A stretch of DNA of 62,952 nucleotides, filler included, from Klebsormidium nitens (lineage: Eukaryota > Plantae > Klebsormidiophyceae), in assembly GCA_000708835.1 (NCBI GenBank). It is 4 parts of 4 records of this genome, joined end to end, with 100 filler letters (N's around TTAATTAATTAA, not from the genome) between each part and the next. Parts side by side here need not be neighbours in the genome. Positions count along the whole stretch, not along the records: positions 59,965 to 62,952 come from DF237057.1; 3 more parts are not named here. One strand, 5' to 3'. This document shows, one piece after another, positions 59,965 to 62,952 of this stretch; position 1 is the first letter of the stretch; every line of letters begins with the position of its first letter. The notes beneath the pieces were generated by a model. It made no database searches. It saw only the letters and a program-made list of their open reading frames with translations, and was not told the origin of the DNA. The translations under genes were made by a program, and so were the position numbers.

Positions 59965-62952
59965 ACAATTCTTCATTATCGAAAAGCTTGCGGCATCTCG
60001 AGTACCATATTATGCGAATGGTTTCGGCATGAAAAACTCGCCAAATTTGTAGCGATTTTCTAGGGCACGATGCTTGTAGGGGGTAACCGAATAAAGTATC
60101 GATCTCTGTGAATGAGGTTAGCCATGGACAACCGTGGGATAAAACATGTTTTACCCAAGCCCAAATAGGCGATAATCTATTGCATTGGACAAAACAATGC
60201 ATCTCATCTTCTAATAAGCTGCAGAAAGCACAGTCCTTGTCAGCTTGATTAGCAAATTTGCAAGCTACCGGGAAAGCGCGCGTGAGTATTTTGTACAATT
60301 TCTATTTGGTCTTGTTGTTTAAAATTGGATCATGAACGTACTTTACCATTTCTGCCCATGTTGTACTGATAGAAATCCCAAGGGCTTTCTCCCATCATTC
60401 GATCGGCGACATTTTATATTGTGATGATGAGATAATCGATTTATATATTGTTTTAACCGTAAAATCACTAAAAGAGAGGGTAGACCCGTCGCAGAGCCAT
60501 TGGCATCTTGAAAGGAGCAGCTTCGACCTTACATAATTGCCCGAATAATACAGAATATTTGATCCATGATCATGTCGCACGCATGCTTTGACAAGAGAAG
60601 CCTTCGGAAGCGACACTGTTGTATTCATTTCTTGTAATGCGAATGGACCATCATTCCTAATAGCAATTCGAAATTGTCGACATTCTACTTTATTAGGTAC
60701 AATAGCAATAACTTTATAAACATTCCATGGTGTGATGTTAGATTCAGACCGCGCGATAGCCCAATCATTTTGTTGAAAGGGCTCGCGGGTTTTCATTTTC
60801 ACAATCGTCGACCACTCATTTGGGATGAGCTCAATAAGAGAGTAAATAGCATTTCCAAGCACCTGCGACCCGGTTTGGAAGCGCGCCTCTTCTAATGACA
60901 TCCAAGGGTAAGTGGCGCTACCTGCATTCCCGGAAGGAGAAAGGAAGTGGTTTAAGTGAGTGAAACCCCTGTTGATTAGTCGTTCCTCCATGTTTTTATT
61001 TAGCAACCTTCCGCGTTTGGTATCGGACGGAAGATATAAAAACCGATTAAACCAAATAGGCTCGTTCAAAATGCATTCATAATCTTTGGCAGGAGGGGCG
61101 ACGATGAGGCCGCTAGCAAACCACGCTTGCAAATAGGCGTGCCATCTAGAGGGAAAGGAGATTTTTTGGGACAAAATGGAAGGATCGACTATAAAAACAG
61201 AGTCTCCAAGGCCTTTTACAAAGTTTCTAAGAAAGTGGAAAGGCAAAGACTTCCAAGAGCCAATATGTCTTGGATCAACAAGTTTGAAAATCCACTTGGC
61301 GTGGATGGCCGTTAAAAAGACCTGAGGATCCTGTGCATTTAAACCACCTACAGAAACGTGCTGCACAAGGAGTTGTCTCGACCACNNNNNNNNNNNNNNN
61401 NNNNNNNNNNNNNNNNNNNNNNNNNNNNNNNNNNNNNNNNNNNNNNNNNNNNNNNNNNNNNNNNNNNNNNNNNNNNNNNNNNNNNNNNNNNNNNNNNNNN
61501 NNNNNNNNNNNNNNNNNNNNNNNNNNNNNNNNNNNNNNNNNNNNNNNNNNNNNNNNNNNNNNNNNNNNNNNNNNNNNNNNNNNNNNNNNNNNNNNNNNNN
61601 NNNNNNNNNNNNNNNNNNNNNNNNNTTTGATCTTCGTGGATGATAGCAGGAAGAACAACCTTCATTCGTTCAGCTAACGTCTTAGCAATGATCTTGTAAT
61701 CGGTACATAGTAGAGAGATAGGTCGATAATTACGAATGTCTGATCTGGACTTCTTTTTGTAAATCAATGTGATGATGCTCATTCTCATACTATAAGGCAA
61801 ACATCCAGACTGAAAACTATCCTGAAGTACTTGGAGAAAGTCGTCTTTCAAATCTTTCCAGAACATTTTGAAAAATTCGCTTGGAAGTCCATCAATTCCA
61901 GGAGCTTTACCTCCAGGGAGCTTTTTCAACGCAGAGCCAAGTTCCTCAACTGACAAAGTCCTATCACAGAATTGTTTTGCAGCCACCCCAAGCTTTCGCT
62001 TTAAGGTCTTATCGAGGTACTTATTGCCAGCCTTGGTCTGAGCCTCAGATAGCTTCTTCGAGTAAAGAGTGGCATAAAAATGGAAGCCTCTTCCAGAATG
62101 TCTTCAATGTCAGTCAATGAAATATCCTGACCGTTCCTTTTGCATGTGAGCGATGTGATGGCAGACTTTTCAGCGCGCTGCTTGACCAAAGCAGAAAAGT
62201 ATTTGGTCGGTCTCTCCCCTGAAACATGATATCTCAAACCTGATTTGATCTTTGCAGCTTCACATATATCTTCGTAATATTCTGACAGCAATACATCCAA
62301 TCTCACCTTCTCAAGTTTCAAGAAGTCCTTGTCAGGATCATTCGCCAGACTTTGATTCACCTGTGAAAGTTGCGATTCCAATGTTAGAATTGTTCTCTTT
62401 CTCCTTCCTGCCTGCTGCTTACCATATTCATTGAGACGCATTTGCAAGCTGAGTTTGAGCATTTCCCACCAAGTAGACTTATCTTGGTATAGATGTTGGG
62501 ACTCTTTGAAACCAGAGATCACATCATCAACTATCTTTTTGAAGCCCGGTCTTTTCATGAGAGCCACATTTAGTTTCCAATAAGACGGACCCCGAGCAGC
62601 TGCTGTGATTGCCCTTGAAGTAAACTGCACAGCGCACTGATGATCAGAAAGTGAGCGCGGCAAAGCCACATGGGTGCAAGAATCAGAAAAAGGCACCGCA
62701 TCTTTGCTGGCATACATACGGTCAATCCTTGTTTGCATTTGGTGTGTGCCTGAATGAAAAGTGAAGCTCTTTCTTGAAGGCTGGAAAGCTCTGAAGAGAT
62801 CTTGCAAACAGAGCAAATCTGCTATGCTGGTCCATTCTTCTGATCCTACTGTTCCACCCTGACTGGCGGAAGAACGGTCCAAGATTGGATTCTCCACAAA
62901 GTTAAAGTCCCCACCAATAAAGCATTTCTCCTGCAGGGGATGGGCTTGCAAA
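59965..62952 (-). mobile_element. L1/Tx1-like non-LTR retrotransposon ORF2 (AP endonuclease - RT - C-terminal Zn knuckle), decayed
   Basis: GGDFN, TRIDRMY and LSDH (endonuclease); KAPGIDGLPSEFFK and NYRPISLLCTDYKIIAK (RT); CAFCSLLEDEMHCFVQC (zf-RVT); frameshift ~61990, in-frame stops at ~60395 and ~60305; RT core in the gap. Confidence 0.92.

Overview
Eukaryotic genomic scaffold with GT-AG spliceosomal introns, GC-rich exons and N gaps. A green alga or early streptophyte such as Klebsormidium is my inference, not something the sequence proves. 1-30.5 kb is mostly host-like: a decaying U-box/ARM-repeat gene (-), an eroded unknown gene followed by a Gly/Ser/Pro octapeptide-repeat ORF (-), and an apparently intact multi-exon giant coiled-coil gene (+). 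32.6-59.6 kb holds a cluster of related virus-like mobile elements with no recognisable capsid or packaging genes. It contains four Prim-Pol/Zn-ribbon/D5-SF3 helicase genes (one open 953-aa ORF, two intron-containing decayed copies, one cut by a gap), two intact tyrosine recombinases plus one degenerate paralogue, and two copies of a small conserved His/Cys + basic-helix protein. Each visible helicase 3' end is accompanied by its own short iteron-like repeat. The intact copy has inverted 3x arrays around an AT-rich core, the layout of phage-satellite (P4/SaPI) replication origins. A KDZ-type transposase fragment and a decayed L1/Tx1-like LINE complete the window. Several inactivating stops are CGA->TGA, suggesting CpG methylation. 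Adjacency across the three TTAATTAATTAA-linker gaps is not guaranteed. All family assignments come from motif recognition by eye; no searches were run.
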